Positions 1 through 10,432 of a stretch of DNA of 35,682 bases are shown here, piece by piece. The notes below the pieces were generated by a model that saw only the letters and a list, made by a program, of their open reading frames with translations, was not told the origin of the DNA and did not search any database. This DNA is from Candidatus Moanibacter sp. (GTDB lineage Bacteria > Verrucomicrobiota > Verrucomicrobiia > Opitutales > UBA2987), in assembly GCA_965215885.1 (NCBI GenBank), contig CBDCEW010000048.1:1-35682 (forward strand), given 5' to 3'. Every line of letters starts with the position of its first letter. Position 1 is the stretch's first letter. The position numbers were made by a program, and so were the translations under genes.

Positions 1-1
1 G

Positions 2-568
2 GCCCAAGTGCAGGGAGATTCGGATTCTGACCAAAGGCTCCTCGCCGAGATAGTGAGTGAGTTCGATAACGATAACGACGGTATCGTGGACAGCGTCAAC
101 TTTATCACCTTCGACTACGACAGGAGGGGCAACCGGATCGAGCGAGTGAATGAGACCGACTCAGATAACGACGGTATCGTGGACAGCGTCCGCGTTATCA
201 CCTTCGACCACGACAGCAGGGGCAACGAGATCGAGCGAGTGGATGAGAGGGACTCAGATAACGACGGCAACGTGGACATAGTCAACGTTACCACCTCCGA
301 CTACGACAGGAGGGGCAACCTGATCGAGCGAGTGATTGAGACCGACTCAGATAACGACGGCAACGTGGACCGAGTCAGCGTTACCACCTTCGACTACGAC
401 AGGAGGGGCAACCTGATCGAGCAAGTGAATGAGACCGACTCAGATAACGACGGCAACGTCGATAGGGCTATCCTTTCTACTTTCACGTATTTTGCACCTC
501 CGGACGAGGACGATGACGACAAGGACAAGGACGACGACGGCAGGGACAAGGACGACGATGATGATTAG
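2..568 (+). CDS. 5'-partial acidic repeat protein with 31-aa YD-like/DxDxDG repeats and a D/K-rich tail
   Basis: Frame is open from the window edge to TAG at 566-568. Repeat unit DSDNDGxVDxVxxxTFDYDRRGNxIExVxET. Confidence 0.75.
   Translation, partial: AQVQGDSDSDQRLLAEIVSEFDNDNDGIVDSVNFITFDYDRRGNRIERVNETDSDNDGIVDSVRVITFDHDSRGNEIERVDERDSDNDGNVDIVNVTTSDYDRRGNLIERVIETDSDNDGNVDRVSVTTFDYDRRGNLIEQVNETDSDNDGNVDRAILSTFTYFAPPDEDDDDKDKDDDGRDKDDDDD
65..480 (+). repeat. 93-bp coding tandem repeat, about 4.5 copies
   Basis: GACTCAGATAACGACGG recurs at 158, 251, 344 and 437, with a variant at 65. Confidence 0.9.
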
Positions 569-630
569 CCGGAAGCAGTCGTAGTCGGCGCGCTGCTATA
601 GAATGCACTACAGTCCCCGGATAGCTCGAA

Positions 631-705
631 ACCTCACAGACGTGCTCAAACGTCTTCCCGATATGAAGAATACCAAGATCGCCGAACTCGCCCCCGGCAA
701 ACTGA
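631..705 (+). pseudogene. Remnant 3' end of an IS66 tnpC, inverted relative to the adjacent intact IS66
   Basis: Translates LTDVLKRLPDMKNTKIAELAP versus LTDVLKRLPDMNITEIAELAP at the C-terminus of the intact TnpC. Confidence 0.8.
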
Positions 706-855
706 GAGCCGGTCGAGGAAACAACACTCCAGCATTCCTAACGGTAATCCGCGAGAGGCCCTGCCCCGTCTATTAGGAAGGTAGTTCATTAGTAAACGAC
801 CGGTGAACTGCCCTATCGACCGCGGCATGCGCGATGATCCTGGTGGTGTCCGGAT

Positions 856-2358
856 TCAGGAGGATGCGAGCGGTTCGGCTGTTCGGGTCGGCTTCCAATT
901 CGCCGGTGCGAGTTCGGCGATCTCGGTGATGTTCATGTCCGGCAATCTTTTGAGCACGTCTGTCAGGTATTCGGAAGGCTCGATACCGTGCCGCCGGCAA
1001 CTTTCTATAATCGAATAGATCACAGCACTTCTCCAACCAGCCTTGGGGTGGCCGATGAACATCCAGTTTTTCTTTCCCAGGGCGGTCGGCCGGATGGCAT
1101 TCTCAATGAGGTTATTGTCAATTTCAACTTTGCCATGCTCGAGGTAGCGCTTGAGTGATTCCCACTGGTTCAGAGCATACTCAACGGCTTCACCCATTTT
1201 GCTCTGCGGCAAAGCCCGCCGTTTGAGTATAGGCAAGGCTTTGCCCATGCGTTGCACGATCATCCGACCATGGCTTTGCCTGTATGCTTCGCGCAAGGCG
1301 GGACCGGCCCGCTGTTCGCGCAGGTGGCGTTCGTCTCTGTAGAGATTGTGGATCTGCCGTACCACCCAGCCGGCCAGCTTGGGGCTCTCATCGATCGCCT
1401 CCACAAATTTGCGTCGCAGATGTGCCCAGCACCCAAACAGGGTAATCCCGTTATGCTCCCGGGCGAAACTGCCATAGGCAGCGTAACCGTCGGTTTGGAG
1501 CAGCCCTTCGTATCCGTTGAGGAACTGCTCGAGACATTTTACCCCACGCCCTGTGTGCCAGTCATAGAGCACCTCGCCGCCGGGTCGCCCGTAGACCCAC
1601 AGGTATCCTTTCCTGCAGCCCTCTTTTTTGCCTACGTCCGGATCCAGGTAGCGGATGGGCGTTTCGTCCGCCTGAATATAACCGCCCTCGAACAATTGAC
1701 TGCACAGGTAGTTGTAGATCGGTTTTAGCCATTGCGCTACCTGGTGGATCCAATCGAGCATGCTCTGGCGCGCCACCCTTACTCCGTAGCGTTCCCGGAA
1801 AATCTTCTCCTGTCGATACAACGGCAGGTGATCGACGTATTTGCTCAGTACTATGTGCACCAAAAGCCCCACTCCAGGAATCCCTTTTTCAATCAGCCGC
1901 GATGGTAATGGTGCCAACACGGGAGCTTCCTGGGGCTTTTCGCGAGAGACATATTTGCGCCGTATATAGCGGCGCCTGATAAATCGCGCTGGGAGCAAAT
2001 CCAACTCTTCAGTGACTTCCTCACCGATCAACCGCCACTTTTGCGGTGCAACCTTCACCGCTTCGGGTTCGATTACGATCTCTTCGACTTCCAGGTGTTC
2101 GGGCAGACGCCGTCGCCTCGCCCCAGCTCCTTTGCGCGCCTTCGGCTCGGGTGGTGGCTCTGCCGTTTGCTCAGCGGGTTTGTTTTCCTCGGCCTGCTCC
2201 AGCCCGGCCAGGAGCAATTCCAGCTGTCCCGGATCGATCCGCTCGCTTTGGTTCCCTCCGAAGTAGCGCTTAATGAGCCAGCCGATCTTCTGACGTAAAA
2301 GCCGATTCTCTTCTCGGAGTTGCTCCAGCTCTGTTTGCAAAACCTCGACTTCAGCCAT
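856..2358 (-). CDS. tnpC: IS66 DDE transposase TnpC
   Basis: Motifs HLPLYRQ, ADETP, TDGYAAY, GCWAHLRRKF, IDNNLIENAIRP..LGKKNWMF. Confidence 0.95.
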   Translation of the reverse strand: MAEVEVLQTELEQLREENRLLRQKIGWLIKRYFGGNQSERIDPGQLELLLAGLEQAEENKPAEQTAEPPPEPKARKGAGARRRRLPEHLEVEEIVIEPEAVKVAPQKWRLIGEEVTEELDLLPARFIRRRYIRRKYVSREKPQEAPVLAPLPSRLIEKGIPGVGLLVHIVLSKYVDHLPLYRQEKIFRERYGVRVARQSMLDWIHQVAQWLKPIYNYLCSQLFEGGYIQADETPIRYLDPDVGKKEGCRKGYLWVYGRPGGEVLYDWHTGRGVKCLEQFLNGYEGLLQTDGYAAYGSFAREHNGITLFGCWAHLRRKFVEAIDESPKLAGWVVRQIHNLYRDERHLREQRAGPALREAYRQSHGRMIVQRMGKALPILKRRALPQSKMGEAVEYALNQWESLKRYLEHGKVEIDNNLIENAIRPTALGKKNWMFIGHPKAGWRSAVIYSIIESCRRHGIEPSEYLTDVLKRLPDMNITEIAELAPANWKPTRTAEPLASS

Positions 2359-2426
2359 AAATACAATACTAAACTAACGGTCATAAGAAAAGCAATAATG
2401 TTTTCAAAAAAATCACTTTTTTTGAC

Positions 2427-2777
2427 CTAACGCTGATACCAGGGCCGCATCTTCCCCTCCCTCAGGTCGATCCCGTTCAAGAGCATGCTCAAAGCTTCAG
2501 GCCGCAATGGAAGCTTCTCATCTTTCAAGTCCACTCCCTGCGGCCAGCTGAACCGACCCTTCTCTAATCGCTTCGCGAAGACCCATAACCCCGTGCCGTC
2601 CCAATATAGAATTTTGACCCGGTCCCTGCGGCGATTGCAGAAGACAAAGACCGCTCCGCTCAACGGGTCTTCCTTGAGCTGATTCGCCGCCAGGGCGTAG
2701 AGACCATTAAACCTCTTTCGCAGATCGGTTACACCCACGGCCAGGAAAACCTTCATCGTTCCCGGTAAGCTCAGCAT
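2427..2777 (-). CDS. tnpB: IS66 accessory protein TnpB (Orf2)
   Basis: TDLRKRFNGL, FVFCNRRRDRVKILYWDGTG, KRLEKGRFSWP. Confidence 0.95.
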   Translation of the reverse strand: MLSLPGTMKVFLAVGVTDLRKRFNGLYALAANQLKEDPLSGAVFVFCNRRRDRVKILYWDGTGLWVFAKRLEKGRFSWPQGVDLKDEKLPLRPEALSMLLNGIDLREGKMRPWYQR

Positions 2778-3136
2778 CCCGATTCCCTCAACGCCTTCAC
2801 CAGACTCGCCACTTGTTCCGCTGCCACACCGCAGTGCACTTCCACCCGTATCGGGTCCCCTAAGACGATCTCGATCCGATCCTCGGTGACCGCGCTGCTC
2901 TTCACTGTAACTTCGGCAAACTGCGCGCCCGCTGAATCTGCCCCGCTGCCCCTGTGCCCTGCCCGTTCCTTGCCCAGCCAGCCCATAAAGGTCGTATACT
3001 TCACGCCGTGCCGCTCAGCAAACGCCCTCTGCGTCTGAATGCTCCGACGGTACGCCCTTATCAGTCCCCTGCGCTCCTGCCGACTTCGTCGAACGATCCG
3101 CTTCGGCCGTGTCGGCCTTCTCGTCTTTGCTGCCAT
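2771..3136 (-). CDS. tnpA: IS66 accessory protein TnpA (HTH)
   Basis: S..TQRAFAERHGVKYTTF..W HTH pattern and FAEV motif; overlaps the tnpB start. Confidence 0.85.
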   Translation of the reverse strand: MAAKTRRPTRPKRIVRRSRQERRGLIRAYRRSIQTQRAFAERHGVKYTTFMGWLGKERAGHRGSGADSAGAQFAEVTVKSSAVTEDRIEIVLGDPIRVEVHCGVAAEQVASLVKALRESGC

Positions 3137-4005
3137 CCCATAATCATATCACGGTCGGCATCTTTGCGCTACAAGGTCGTTGCCCGGACGCTTACATTCG
3201 ATCTTCCGTCGTGTGTTATAATCGTGATCTGAAATCGAGCGACGAAGTTGACGACCCGTCGTCGCTACTCCCGCCAAGCGGGACGAGGCAGGCGAGGCTT
3301 ACGACGAAGGTCCGGCGCAGGTAGACGACAATCTAAGGAACCGTAACTTCAATCCGGATAAAGAAGGAGCTGGCGCCGGGCGGGACTTCGACGACGACTT
3401 CGCGGAGGATGGTGTCGGGACCTTCGCCGATTTTGCGGTCAATCAAAATGGTGGCGGAGACAAAATTGGGAAACTGGGTATCATCGGCGGACTGGACATT
3501 ATAGGTGATGCCGGTGGCGGTTTTCGAGCGAATGTAGAGGCACCTGATTTGCCCTGGGCCGCCCGGAATGGGGAACTCTATGCCGTTAGCGTTGATCTTG
3601 AGGGTGCGCTGCGCAACGACGGAACCTGGATCATTCGGATTTGTGGCGAACGCGAATTCGAGGAGGTTTTCATCGTTGTCGCCGTCCGGATTACTACCCG
3701 GGCCGGTCGGGATGGCCGCAACTCCGTTTCTCGCAGCCCATTGTGCGAAAGTCTCCTGCACCACGGGACGAACGCAATCGTCGCCGACGGTGGCAAAAGG
3801 TGGTATTCCATCTATCTCACCCGTCCCGCTGAAGCAGACCTCCCCGTTCGCGGCTGGTGGGGGCATCACTGAGTAGCTGACTCCTGCTCCAGTGAAGCTC
3901 CCCTGGAGATCCGTCCAGGTGATGACTCCTCCGTTCTCGGTTCCGCCGTTACTGATGTCGCTGACGGTCCAGCCGGCCGGAACGGTATCGGTGAGATCGT
4001 AGATA

Positions 4006-5921
4006 GACCCCATTCGAAAAGCCTTTCGAGCGGACGGTTTCAGGTTTTCCGCCACAGGCGGACCAGCCTATGGCTGGCAGGCGTCGGGTTTCAGGCTGCC
4101 GACGCTGCCGATGAGCAGGTATTGAGCGGCCATCGGCGTGGCTTGCTGCACAATACGTATATTTGCCGCTGTTTGGAGGCATACTCATCCCGTGGTGCTT
4201 TTTTCTCCGAGCTGCAAAGCGGTCAGATTCAGGCCGCCTGTTCCAGTTCCTCCCCTCGTCGTTTCTTCATCAGTATGATGCGGCAGAAGTTGTAGGCCAG
4301 AACCTTCTCGAGCAGTTCATCGCCTACCGCATCGATGCCGCGGCGGCCGAGTTCGCCAAAGGCAAATCCATCTTTAATCGTGAACATCAGCCGACTCCAC
4401 TGCGGAGCGATTGCGGCGTGCCTCGCGATACGCCTCGCGCTCCCGGTCCTCGGGGGTGGACAACTTCTTGCCCTTCGCCCCACTGATACTGATCTGCTTT
4501 ACCCCCATGCCCAGCACCTCCTTGCGCCCCTTCGCCGAAGCATATCCGTCATCGGTGCTGATCAGTTCAGAAATGACACCGGTGCGCTTGATCGAATCGC
4601 CGATGGCCGGCGCCAGCTCAATGGAGTCTGCCGCATTGCCTTGCGGTACGATCAGGCTGGTGACAAAACCGTTTTCGCTGCGAACCAGTTGTGGCTTGTA
4701 CCCGATCACTGGATTGCGGCTGCCCTTCTTGATGTAGGCCGCCGATCCGTCCGACAGGCTCAGGACCTTCTGCGTGGACGGTAGCTTCTTTTCGTGAAAC
4801 ACCCGATCATGAGCATACTCAACAACCCGCTTGGCGTCGGCAATATCGCGCCTGATCTGGCTCAATACCCGCTTCAGAAGCTCCCGGCGAGTGGGAGGCA
4901 GTGAATCCATCGACAGGCCCTCTTCAAGATGGCTCAGTTCCCCGTTAGTGAGTCGGCCGCCTTGCGGCCCCGCTTGAGCAACCGCCGGTAGTGTTTCTTC
5001 AGCTTGCCCTTCGACTTCGGTTTGCCCGCGGCCAGACAAATCTGAAACTCCAGCTTGTCCATCTCCTGCAGCCAACGCCCAACCCATCCCTTGCGAAAAT
5101 CCTCCAGCCCGAATATATGCAACTTCTGACCCAAACGATTGGCCCGCATCAAAAGACCGGTCAGAATCCTCCCATCGGTGGGCCAGCAGCTGTTTGCTTT
5201 CACCGAGGTGCTGTCGATCGTCAGCTTCCCGAAATCGTCCCATTGCTCCTGGAGGATAAACCCTCTGTTTATCAAAGATCAGCTCGCGTGGTCCTATGGC
5301 TGAAGGTTCACGCTCTCCAGAATCGTCGTCACCGAGGGCATCCTCAGTCCCCGTCTCGAAGAAATCCGTACAAGCTCATCGACTCGCGCAGAAACCGCCG
5401 TGCCGGTTTCGTGGTCAACGAACCGAGAAACCCACGAATCGTCACGAACACGTATACCGCATAAGCCGGCATCCGCGGCCGGCCTACCGCAAGATTCAAT
5501 TCAGCAGCCAGAATATTCTCCTCCTCGATGTCCAGTTCCGGCAGGTCCGCTGTGCGCCCTTCAAAGAACCTTCGATCTTCCAATCGAAGTTTCTTCTTCT
5601 CACGCGCATGGGCGTCCAGATCCTTCTCGATCGCCTCGATGATTTGCGGCGCGAACCCGGCCAATTCTTCAACTTCATCCAGAAAATCACGAAAATCCGT
5701 GTCTGGAACCGGCAGAATGAGGTTGCTAAGGGGCGTCTTGTCGCTTTTGTTCTCCTCTGTCGCACATGTTGGCATGTTTAACTCATTTCTTAATCTTAAG
5801 TTGTTAAACACTAGTATGTTACGACACTTTTTATCAAGCCGAAAAACTGATTTTTCTCAAGTTTTTCTTGCGCCTTTTGCGCCTCTTTGCGGCCAATCGG
5901 TGTAGCTTTTCGGATAAGGTC
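4006..5921 (-). mobile_element. IS5-like/ISNCY-type insertion sequence, 1916 bp
   Basis: 18-bp IRs GACCCCATTCGAAAAGCC and GACCTTATCCGAAAAGCT. 6-bp direct repeat TAGATA at 4000-4005 and 5922-5927. Confidence 0.9.
4229..5775 (-). pseudogene. Multiply frameshifted DDE transposase (IS5-like)
   Basis: Fragments in different frames: GRPRM, TIDSTSVKANSCWPTD, KVLSLSD..YIKKG..PVIGYK, STDDGY, RSAVES, VLAYNF. Confidence 0.82.
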
Positions 5922-8900
5922 TAGATAAGGGCGCCAGGCGCCCCGAAGACAAAGAGACTGACTCGAAAGGTATCGCCGGGGATGTAATGGCGCGGAAGTT
6001 CCCGCACGAAGAAGACGGGCGGCAGGTCGAGGAGGAAAACCTTGGAGGAGGTCGTATTATCCGCGAACTCGAGGCTTATCGAAATGTCCTCCGCCGTGTC
6101 CTCGCCCGTGCTTGTGCTCTCCGTCAGGTGAGTGACCTTGAAGTTGCTCACACTCTGCGAAAACGCGTCGGCGGTGAGGAGGGTGGAGAGGAAAAAAGTC
6201 GAAGGGGTCCCGAAGGGTACGCTCGCTTCGGCAGTGTCGTCGCGAACGGGGAAGATGATCTCGCCGTTTTCGTCCAGGTTGAGGGTCAGGAAGGTCTTCA
6301 CGAGGGTATCGTCGCCGTTCGTCTCGAAATTCCCGTCCCCGTCATCGAGGTAGAGGCGCAGCTCGTCGATGATGGCATTCGCTTCGCCCATTTTTAGAGG
6401 AACAACGGACCCGCCTCCGCCCGTACGCTGAAACCGGAGATTCAGCGAGACAAGCTCGGTATCGCTATCGCCGGCGCGGCCGCGATGGGTCATGGCGATC
6501 CGCAGGAGGTCATCCTCCTGCCCCTCATCGATGGTGGTGGGCGCGGTATTCGCCGTGGCGAGAGCGAACTGTCCACCCTGGTTCTCGTACCACGCGATCT
6601 TGTCGTCATACCGCGAAGCGGAGAGGGCGTCGATGTCCCCATCCCCGTCGATGTCGGCGGCGAAGACGGATACGGCATTCAGGGCGGCGTCGCTGATCAC
6701 CTGTTGCGCGCCAAAGCTTCCCTGCCCGTCGGTGTTCTCGTACCATGCGATGGTGCTGTCGGTAAACGAGGCGGAGAGGACATCGATGTCGCCGTCTCGA
6801 TCGGTGTCCGCGGCAAAGACGGAGAAGGGGCCAACCGCCATCGTGCTGATCACCTGCTGCGAACCGAAGTTTCCCGCGCCATCCGTGTTCTCATACCAGG
6901 CGATCTTGTTATCGTTGAAGGAGGCTGAGAGGGCGTCGAGATCGCCGTCGCCGTCCACGTCGGCGGCGAAGACCGAAAGGGCGCTGAGGACACCATACGA
7001 TATGGTTTGAGCCGACCAGCTGGAGCCATCCCCGTTCGTGTTCTCATACCAGGCGATTCGGCTGTCGCCGCTTGAGGCCGAGAGCACATCGGTGTCGCCG
7101 TCGCCGTCTACGTCGGCCGCGAAGACCGAAACAGGGTTGTTCGCCGTCGTATTGATCAGCTGCTGTGGACCGAAATTCCCCTGCCCGTCGGTATTCTCGT
7201 ACCAGGCAATCTTGTCGTCCGTTCGTGAAGTTGAAAGGACGTCGAGATCGCCGTCTCCGTCCACGTCGGCGGCGAAGACGGAGCGAACATCCTGTGCGTA
7301 GGAGGAGCCGGAGGCGATGATCTGTTCCGTCCATGAGCTGCCGTCCCCGTTCGTATTCTCATACCAGGCCACTCTCCCGAGGGTGTAGCTGCCGTAGTGA
7401 AAGAATCCCGCCAGGACGTTGATATCGCCGTCGTGATCCAGATCGGCCGGAATGACGGAAGCCGCAGCATAGATTCCGCCGGTGGAGGTGATGATTTGCT
7501 GCGCGCCGAAAGCGCCTGATCCGTCCGTATTCTCGTACCACGCAACTTTTCCGTCATACCGCGAGCCGGAGAGGGTATCGACGTCGCCATCCCCGTCGAT
7601 ATCGGCGGCGGAGACGGCCAATGCCCCATTGGCTGCCTGGCTGATGACAGTCTCTTCCGGGAAGACCGCGCTGCGGTGGATAATCTGGTTCTCGTACCAT
7701 GCGATGGTGTTGTCAAAATATGAAGCGGAGAGGGCGTCGATGTCTCCATCCCCGTCCACGTCGGCGGCAAAGACGGATTCGGCGTAATCTGCGTCTGTCG
7801 TTATGGGGTGAGCGGTCCAGGAGGTTCCATCTCCATCGGTGTTTTCAAACCATGCAATTTCGTAGCCTCCATACGAAGTTGAAAGAGCGTCAATGTCTCC
7901 GTCTCCGTCCAGATCGGCGGCGAACACCGAAGTGGCGCCAACAGCCCCTGTCGTTATGGTGTGAGTGGTCCAGGAAGTTCCATCTTCACTGACATTCTCG
8001 TACCATGCGATGGTGTTGTCAATAAACGAGGCCGAGAGCACATCGATGTCTCCGTCTCCGTCCACGTCGCTGGCAAAGACGGATCGGGCACGGTCTGCCT
8101 CGGTTGTAATGGAGTGAGCGATCCAGGAAGTTCCATTTCCATCGGCATTTTCGTACCATGCGATCGTATCGTCCAAATCCGAGGCGGAGAGCGCGTCGAC
8201 GTCCCCATCCCCGTCCACATCGGCAGCAAAGACGGACAAGGCGCCATCGGCCGAAGTCGTGATGGTGCGGGTCGTCCAGGAGGTTCCATCCCCGTTCTGG
8301 TTTGTATTCTCGTACCATGCGATGGATGTTGTCAAAAAACGAGGCCGAGAGGGCGTCCACGTCTCCGTCGCCGTCCACATCGGCGGCAAAGACGGTAAAG
8401 GCGCCATCGGCCGCTGTTGTGATGGTGCGGGTCGTCCAGGAAGTTCCATCCCCGTCAGCACTGGAGTTCTCGTACCATGCGATGGTGTCGTCTACAGTGG
8501 AAGCGGAGAGTGCGTCGATGTCTCCATCGCCGTCCACATCGCTGGCAAAGACGGAGAAGGCGCCATCGGCTACTGTCGTTATGGTACGAACGGTCCAGGA
8601 GGAGCCGTCCCCATTGGTGTTTTCATACCACGCGACAGTGTCGTCAGTCGCTGAGGCGGAGAGGGCATCTGTGTCACCATCGCCGTCGACATCGGTGGCG
8701 AAGACGGAAGCGGCGCGATCCGCTGCTTGAGTGATGACTTGCTGGGGGCCGAATGAGGCGGGTTGAGCGAAGAGGGGCGGCGGGAGAGAAGTAGTGACAG
8801 AAGCGGCGGCCAGGGTGGCGGCGATTCGATGGCGCAGGAGGCAGGCAAGAACGCGGTCGAGGAGGCGCTTGAGGAAAGCGAGGTAAAAGGCGCTCCGGTT

Positions 8901-9139
8901 GCGCGACCGCTGGAGCGCGACGAGGAGAACCGCCAGGATCCGCTTCAGGTGGGTGTTGGGGAGCCGCCGGGATCGCGGTTTGGGACGGGGAATTTTCATG
9001 TAGAGATGGTTAGGTTGAAGGAGATTGAGGTGGGGTTCAATGAAGAAGTGGTCCGCCTCCGACCCGCCAGGCGGATCTGCGGCGAGATAAGAGAGTGTAC
9101 AATAAACAGTGAACCCCGGCAAGCCGGGACTTCGCTGTG

Positions 9140-9480
9140 CTCAGCAGTGGACAGTAGGCAGTGGTTTCCCGTCTTCTCCCGCTGAGCGGGATTCGCCGTG
9201 GCAGGCAGGTGTCGGGTGTCAGGTTTCAGTTGGACATGTCGGAGGTTGGTGTTGGTAATAGAAGCCCCCTTTGTCGCGAGCTTTGTCGTGAGCTTTGTCG
9301 TTCTCGTAATCGTTCTAGAAAGAGAGTTGCCCGCTAAAGACGCGAAAATGAAGAGTTGCAGGGTGAGATCCAAGGATGAAGGGATTCGATGAGGATTGCG
9401 ACAATGATTACGACGAAGATTGGAGTCGGTGGGTTCGAATTTAGATCACGGCCTGTCTCAAGCTTGTCGAGGGGCTCATG
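9140..9480. repeat. Intergenic mosaic of short repeats (7-mer CAGT/CAGGTGT runs, 15-bp palindrome, 12-mer TTGTCG units, CGCTAAAGACGCGAAA)
   Basis: Directly visible; 9270-9350 is homologous to 19430-19530. Confidence 0.7.
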
Positions 9481-9565
9481 CCATGTCGTGATACTTCGGG
9501 CGATGTTTTCGAATTACCATTTCGATTGGTGGTGGGAAGTTGCACCACGGAGATCCAAAAATGAT

Positions 9566-9603
9566 TTGACTGGTATATGAATATGTATAAATACTCCACA
9601 TAT
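9566..9603 (+). promoter_or_regulatory. Putative vapBC promoter/operator
   Basis: TTGACT at 9566-9571, an AT-rich -10 region and repeated TATATG/AATATG boxes upstream of an RHH antitoxin. -10 spacing is ambiguous. Confidence 0.35.
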
Positions 9604-9852
9604 ATGCATCGGACAACCATTCTTATTCCGGAGCGGCTTCGGCGGGAGGCTGAGATTTATGCGAGGAGACATGGGATGACCCTCAGTGGATTGATACGAG
9701 CGAAACTGAAAGAAGCTGTCCGCAATCAACGAGGTTCACGACGAAAGGACCATGTTTTCTTCTCACGCGAACCGTGGAACGGTTCTGGGCCTCACGACGT
9801 AGCCGAACAACACGACGAATACCTCTATGGCAAGCACTCGGAGTTTGAGTAG
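9604..9852 (+). CDS. RHH/CopG-type antitoxin (VapB-like)
   Basis: MHRTTILIP strand followed by helices (TLSGLIR), and a C-terminal DVAEQHDEYLYG motif typical of antitoxins preceding PIN toxins. Confidence 0.8.
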   Translation: MHRTTILIPERLRREAEIYARRHGMTLSGLIRAKLKEAVRNQRGSRRKDHVFFSREPWNGSGPHDVAEQHDEYLYGKHSEFE

Positions 9853-10264
9853 AATCCGGAGAATACTGATCGATACGGGGGCCTTTGTAAGCAAAGAAAT
9901 CGGGAGCGACCAGTATCACGAGGAGTCTATGGTGGCATGGTCGGAAATAGGGGAAAGTACGGTTGAACTTGTATCGACGGAGCACATTCTGGATGAGAGC
10001 GCGACCTTGATTGCCAGGCGCAGCACCTATGCATTTGCGGCTGAGTGGGGAGAAGATCTCTCGCGTTTAAAATCGATTCGTTGGCTTCGCGCTGCTCCGG
10101 ACGATTGGACCAGAGCATGGATAAACATGCGAAAATTTGCCGAGCACGGTGTATCATTTACGGATTGCATATCGTTCGTTCTGGCGAAGAGGGAGGGAAT
10201 CAGGGATGTCTTCGGGTTTGATCAGCATTTCGATTATGCCGGTTTTCGTCTTTGGCCGAAATAG
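9827..10264 (+). CDS. vapC: PIN-domain toxin, VapC family (start may be TTG at 9845)
   Basis: ILIDTGAF, ILDE, SFTDCISF, FGFDQHF..AGF. Confidence 0.88.
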   Translation: MASTRSLSRIRRILIDTGAFVSKEIGSDQYHEESMVAWSEIGESTVELVSTEHILDESATLIARRSTYAFAAEWGEDLSRLKSIRWLRAAPDDWTRAWINMRKFAEHGVSFTDCISFVLAKREGIRDVFGFDQHFDYAGFRLWPK

Positions 10265-10293
10265 GAGGGATGCCCCTCCTTCGCTTCCTTTTT
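10263..10293 (+). terminator. Possible intrinsic terminator after vapC
   Basis: AGGAGGG-ATGC-CCCTCCT hairpin followed by a T-rich tract. Confidence 0.4.
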
Positions 10294-10432
10294 CGCTAAT
10301 GCATCAGAGGATGTAAAAGCTACGGACAGTGTACGCTAAAGACGCGAAAGTTGGATAGGGAGTGGCAGAGGGGAATCGGAGAGACACGGAGACGCGGGGA
10401 CAGGGAGAGTGGGATGCCGATGAATCTTCCGT

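Larger units (their letters stand above)
792..3195 (-). mobile_element. IS66-family insertion sequence (tnpA-tnpB-tnpC)
   Basis: Terminal IRs GTAAGCGTCCGGGCAAC (from 3195, minus strand) and GTAAACGACCGGTGAAC (from 792), 13/17 match. Three typical ORFs. No 8-bp target duplication visible. Confidence 0.92.
3333..8999 (-). pseudogene. Large secreted FG-GAP/VCBS-repeat protein (about 1247 aa reconstructed), interrupted by an IS at 4006-5921 and a +1 frameshift at ~8326
   Basis: ATG at 8999; 14 repeats of FAADVDGDGDxDxLSAS..D..IAWYEN. Removing the IS plus one TAGATA restores ...APGALI-YDLTDTVPAGWTV in frame. The C-terminus has DGDN.ENLLEFAF.TNP...FFIRIEV. Confidence 0.88.

Noticed and set aside
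65..480. Regular 93-bp repeats as a CRISPR array
   Set aside because: Whole units are similar and in-frame coding; no unique spacers and no cas genes.
8315..8345. Programmed frameshift in the FG-GAP gene
   Set aside because: The lesion is a single extra base relative to sister repeats, not at a slippery site; the gene is also IS-disrupted.
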